Below are positions 60,265-64,000 of a DNA stretch of 64,000 nucleotides, piece by piece (position 1 is the stretch's first letter; each line of letters opens with the position of its first letter). Below the pieces are notes generated by a model. The model did no database searches, was not told the origin of the DNA, and saw nothing but the letters and a program-made list of their open reading frames with translations. The DNA comes from a bacterium. GTDB lineage: Bacteria > Vulcanimicrobiota > Vulcanimicrobiia > Vulcanimicrobiales > SCRA01. The stretch lies in the NCBI GenBank assembly GCA_004298675.1, contig SCRI01000025.1, positions 1,332 to 65,331 on the forward strand. Reading direction: 5' to 3'. The translations under genes and the position numbers were made by a program.

Positions 60265-61533
60265 TTAGACCTGGATAGCCGCGACGCGCTCAGCGCCCCG
60301 CAAGAACTCTTCGGGGAAGCGCTTCACCACGCTCTGCAGGAACGGTACGCTGGCATCGCCCAGCGCGCACAGGCTATGGCCGGCGATCTTGTCGCCAACC
60401 GTGCCCAGCAAGCTCACGTCCACCTCGCGGCCGTGACCGTGCAGCAGCCGCTCGAGCATCGCCTCCGACCAATGCGTTCCCTCGCGGCACGGGGTGCACT
60501 GCCCGCACGACTCGTGGGCGTAGAAACGCTGTAGCACCCAGGCTGCGTCGAGCATGTCGGTGGTGTCGTCCATGACCACCATCGCGCCGGAGCCCAGCAT
60601 AGAGCCGGCCGCGGCGATCGAGTCGAAGTCGTACGGAAGATCGAGGTGCTCCTCGAACAGGCACGCGGAGGAGCCGCCGCCCGGCTGCAGCGCTTTGAAC
60701 GTGCGGCCTTCGAAGAGGCCGCCGGCAAGCTCGTAGACCAGCTCACGGATGGGCGTACCCAACGGCACTTCGTAGTTACCGGGCTTACGCACGTGGCCCG
60801 AGATGGAGACGATCTTGGGTCCAGGTGACTTCACCGGTCCGATCGACGCGAACCACTCCTCGCCGCGCTGCATGATGTGCACGACGCAGACCAGCGTCTC
60901 GACGTTGTTCACCACCGTCGGCATGTTGTAGAGACCGGAGTTGGCGGGGAACGGCGGCTTGAGGCGCGGCTCGCCGCGCTTGCCCTCTAGCGAATTGAGC
61001 AGCCCGGTCTCCTCGCCGCAGATGTAGGCGCCGGCACCGCGATGGGCCACCAGTTCGCAGGACCAGTCGGAGCCGCAGATCTTCTCGCCCACCAGGTTGG
61101 CGGCGCGCGCCTGCTCCAGCGCACGCATGAAGATCTCGTAGCCCTGCCGCATCTCGCCGCGAATATAGATGAATGCCCGTGCGGCCTTGATCGCGTAGGC
61201 GGAGATCATGATCCCCTCGATGATCTGATGGGGCGTCTGTTCCAACAGCATGCGATCCTTGAACGTGCCGGGCTCGGCCTCGTCGCAGTTACAGACGAGG
61301 TAGCGCGGACGGCCATCCTTGGGGAGGAACGACCACTTGCGTCCGGTGGGAAAACCCGCGCCGCCACGGCCGCGCAGATTCGACTTCATCACCATGCCGA
61401 CGATGGCGTCGGGCTCCATCTCGCGCACCGCACGGCGCAACTGTTCGTAGCCTCCGCGGCTGCGGTAGACGCCGATGTCGGTGAGATCGGCCTCACCGAT
61501 GCCCTTCGTCAGAACCGGCTCGTAGCTCGCCAT
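60265..61533 (-). CDS. nuoF: NADH-quinone oxidoreductase subunit F
   Basis: LRGRGGAGFPTG.KW, GAGAYICGEET and ESCGQCTPCREG; ATG at 61533. Confidence 0.97.
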   Translation of the reverse strand: MASYEPVLTKGIGEADLTDIGVYRSRGGYEQLRRAVREMEPDAIVGMVMKSNLRGRGGAGFPTGRKWSFLPKDGRPRYLVCNCDEAEPGTFKDRMLLEQTPHQIIEGIMISAYAIKAARAFIYIRGEMRQGYEIFMRALEQARAANLVGEKICGSDWSCELVAHRGAGAYICGEETGLLNSLEGKRGEPRLKPPFPANSGLYNMPTVVNNVETLVCVVHIMQRGEEWFASIGPVKSPGPKIVSISGHVRKPGNYEVPLGTPIRELVYELAGGLFEGRTFKALQPGGGSSACLFEEHLDLPYDFDSIAAAGSMLGSGAMVVMDDTTDMLDAAWVLQRFYAHESCGQCTPCREGTHWSEAMLERLLHGHGREVDVSLLGTVGDKIAGHSLCALGDASVPFLQSVVKRFPEEFLRGAERVAAIQV

Positions 61534-62300
61534 TAGTAGTTGTGCTCCATGACCGTGTCGTCGTGCGGGGCCGGCACCATCCCCTCCACCAGCTCGGGAT
61601 CGGCCATGCGTCCGGGCGAGGAGATGGGCATGATGCCGAACTTGCGGAAGCGCTCCGCGATCGTGCGCCCGGTCTGATCGATACCGCCGCCGTTGTTGGC
61701 GTTGGGCACGCCCACGGCGCCCGCGCTCTTGCGGGAGGCGCGCGACCACTCGGGCCCGCGCACCTTGCGCTCGGGCTGCTCGGACTGCGCGAGCGGCGCC
61801 ACGGGATAGGTGCCCGCGATGATGGAGTCGAGGATCTCGTCCACCATCTCCGGCGTCATGTCGTAGACGAAGTTCAGGTTGACTTGCATACACGGGGCGC
61901 GGTCGCAGGCGGCCAGACACTCCACTTCTTCGTAGGTGAAGAGGCCGTCGGCCGTGGTCTCCAGGTGATCGATACCCAGGCGCTCGCGGAAGCGCTCCAT
62001 GATCTGCCGCGCGCCGCGCAGCGAGCACGAGAGATTGCGGCAAACTTGCAGGTTGTACTTGCCGATGGGACGCCGGTAGAACAGCGTATAGAACGAGATC
62101 GTGCTCTGGCACTGCGCGCGCGTCACGTCGCAGACCTCGGAGATGTACTCCACGGCCTCAGGCGTCACGAAGCCGAGGCGTTCCTGGAAGAGATGCACCA
62201 GCGGCAGCAGCGCGCTGCGCTCCTGCGGATACTGCGCGAGGATGGCGTCGATCTGCGGCTCCAACTCCGTCTTCAAGGTTTCGAAATCACTACTCGTCAT
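61533..62300 (-). CDS. nuoE: NADH-quinone oxidoreductase subunit E with C-terminal extension
   Basis: SFYTLF, VCRNLSC.LRG and ECLAACDRAP motifs. Confidence 0.94.
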   Translation of the reverse strand: MTSSDFETLKTELEPQIDAILAQYPQERSALLPLVHLFQERLGFVTPEAVEYISEVCDVTRAQCQSTISFYTLFYRRPIGKYNLQVCRNLSCSLRGARQIMERFRERLGIDHLETTADGLFTYEEVECLAACDRAPCMQVNLNFVYDMTPEMVDEILDSIIAGTYPVAPLAQSEQPERKVRGPEWSRASRKSAGAVGVPNANNGGGIDQTGRTIAERFRKFGIMPISSPGRMADPELVEGMVPAPHDDTVMEHNY

Positions 62301-63577
62301 CACCGATCTACCTCGCCGAAGACCGGGTCAAGGGACCCGATCATCACCACCACGTCCGCAATCAGGTTGCCCGCGGCGATTTTCCGCAGCGCTTGCAAGT
62401 TATAGAACGACGGCGGCCGCGTGCGCACGCGCCACGGCTTGTTCTCACCGCTGCTGACGATGTAGTAGCCGATCTCGCCACGCGGCCCCTCGACGGCGCC
62501 GTAGACGTCGCCGGCCGGGACGCGGAAGCCCTCGCTCACCAGCTTGAAGTGGTAGATCAGCGACTCCATGGAGAGGCCGATCGAGGGCTTGGGCGGCAGC
62601 GCCACCGCCGGTTCGTTGATCATGATCGGGCCCGGCTCCAGTTTCTTGCGCACCTGCGCGATGATGCGCATCGACTCTTCCATCTCGTCCAGACGCACCA
62701 GGAAGCGTGCGTAGCAGTCGCCCTCGGTGCGGGTCGGCACGTCGAACTCGTACTCCTCGTAGGTGGAATACGGCTCGATCTTGCGCAGATCGTAGGCCAC
62801 GCCGCTGGCGCGCAGCGCCGGGCCGGTCAAGCCCCACGCCACCGCATCCTCCGGTGAGATGATCCCAACGCCGATCTCGCGATCGGTCCAGATCGGGTTC
62901 TGCTGCAGTAGATCGCGCAGATCGCGCATGCGCCGCGGAAACTTCGCGATCAGCTCGTCCAGGCGCTCGAGGAAGCCCTCCGGCAGATCGCCGTTGATGC
63001 CGCCGACGCGGAAATAGGTCATGTTCATGCGGGCGCCGGAGGCGGACTCGATCAGATCGAGGATATTCTCGCGCAGATCCACCGTATAGAAGAACGGCGA
63101 GATCGCGCCCAAGTCGATGGCGTGCGTACCTAGCCAGATGCAGTGCGAGGTGATGCGCGTCATCTCCGCCATCATCACGCGAATCTGCTGCGCGCGCCGC
63201 GGCACCTGGTCGGTGATCCCCAGCAGCCGCTCCACGCCCCGCACGAAGGCGAAGTTGTTGGTGAGCGGCGCGAGATAGTCCATACGGTCGATGACCGTCA
63301 AGGACTGATTCCAGAAGAGATTCTCAGCCGACTTTTCGATGCCGGTGTGCAGGTAGCCGATCTCCGGCTCCGCGCGCGTGACCGTCTCGCCGTCGATGCC
63401 GAGCACCACTTGCAGCACGCCGTGCGTCGAGGGGTGCTGCGGCCCCATCGAGAGCACCATCTGGTCATCGTTGCGGGAGACGACTTCGTAGGGTTCGGGC
63501 TCGAGGACTGCAGTGGGATCGCCGAAGTTGTTCGGATTACCCTCGCTGCCGATCCAATCCGGAAGATGATCGCTCAC
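62300..63577 (-). CDS. nuoD: NADH-quinone oxidoreductase subunit D
   Basis: [30 protein letters not shown] and GEVDR motifs. Confidence 0.97.
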   Translation of the reverse strand: MSDHLPDWIGSEGNPNNFGDPTAVLEPEPYEVVSRNDDQMVLSMGPQHPSTHGVLQVVLGIDGETVTRAEPEIGYLHTGIEKSAENLFWNQSLTVIDRMDYLAPLTNNFAFVRGVERLLGITDQVPRRAQQIRVMMAEMTRITSHCIWLGTHAIDLGAISPFFYTVDLRENILDLIESASGARMNMTYFRVGGINGDLPEGFLERLDELIAKFPRRMRDLRDLLQQNPIWTDREIGVGIISPEDAVAWGLTGPALRASGVAYDLRKIEPYSTYEEYEFDVPTRTEGDCYARFLVRLDEMEESMRIIAQVRKKLEPGPIMINEPAVALPPKPSIGLSMESLIYHFKLVSEGFRVPAGDVYGAVEGPRGEIGYYIVSSGENKPWRVRTRPPSFYNLQALRKIAAGNLIADVVVMIGSLDPVFGEVDR

Positions 63578-64000
63578 GCCTTCTCCTCGCCGCTCTTGCC
63601 GTTGCCGTGATGCAGGCGCTCGTTGATCTCCTGGCGCAGGCGCTCGGCGGCCTCGCGGGTGGGCGGTATGCGGGACCCCACGTTCTCCTTGCCCGGAAAC
63701 GGCGGGCGCGGCGTGCGGTCACGCCCGGGGCCGCGCACGGGATAGTCCTTGCGCAGCGGATGCCCCTCCCAGTCGTCGGGCATCTCGATGCGCCGCAGAT
63801 CCGGGTGGCCGCTGAACGGGATGCCGAAGAGATCGAACACCTCGCGCTCGGCCCAGTTGGCGCAGGGCCACAGATCGTAGACCGTGGGCACGCTCTGGCC
63901 TTCGTCCACACCGCAGAGCACGCGCGCGCGCCTCGGTTTCCCGATCTCCGCAATCGTGGCTGCGTGCGTGGGCAGCACCGTGAGCAGGTAGACCACGTCG
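63574..64000 (-). CDS. nuoC: NADH-quinone oxidoreductase subunit C (5'-truncated by the window)
   Basis: [23 protein letters not shown] and GHPLRKDYP motifs. Confidence 0.93.
   Translation of the reverse strand, partial: DVVYLLTVLPTHAATIAEIGKPRRARVLCGVDEGQSVPTVYDLWPCANWAEREVFDLFGIPFSGHPDLRRIEMPDDWEGHPLRKDYPVRGPGRDRTPRPPFPGKENVGSRIPPTREAAERLRQEINERLHHGNGKSGEEKA

Noticed and set aside
61534-62112. NuoE-NuoF fusion or extended NuoF (615 aa)
   Set aside because: The extension is an out-of-frame overlap with nuoE; NuoF begins at ATG 61533 (TAATG coupling).

Overview
GC-rich bacterial chromosomal window with about 60 genes and one tRNA-Ser(TGA). No CRISPR array, rRNA, transposase or integrase was recognised. 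Gene order (yabE-like/rsmA; smpB-tilS-hpt-ftsH) suggests a Terrabacteria lineage, and the lipoprotein-adaptor RND pump suggests a diderm cell; Eremiobacterota/Vulcanimicrobiota is a guess. From left to right: cell-wall 3D/G5 protein, rsmA, CAAX protease and a glycosyltransferase cluster; a minus-strand run moeA-phosphoesterase-TPR-thioesterase-smpB-tilS-hpt-ftsH-two HXXEH-less M16 proteins-GT4; serS; a CstR-like repressor divergent from DUF2892-MFP-RND-DUF302; an H-NOX-like gene, nitronate monooxygenase, a lipoprotein and tRNA-Ser; suhB; a TM-less MgtE plus an NRAMP-type (NrmT-like) transporter behind a structured leader; PucR plus a divergent GS-like ligase; a GAF kinase, ridA and a TPR protein; an unannotated small-peptide unit; LysR plus a small membrane protein; an ECF sigma plus an Ogt-Ada fusion; narC-narGHJI next to a Cys-rich PAS-SARP regulator; and nuoC-N. 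The strongest candidates for an undescribed system are (1) the 4-Cys PAS-SARP regulator with an 11-bp tandem repeat at a leaderless nar promoter, (2) the ECF/Ogt-Ada pair as a possible alkylation-sensing sigma/anti-sigma, (3) the CstR-like sulfur-responsive RND module, (4) the split MgtE/NRAMP system with its leader, and (5) a 38-aa peptide gene with GGA-loop hairpins. All calls come from motif reading by eye; no searches were run.
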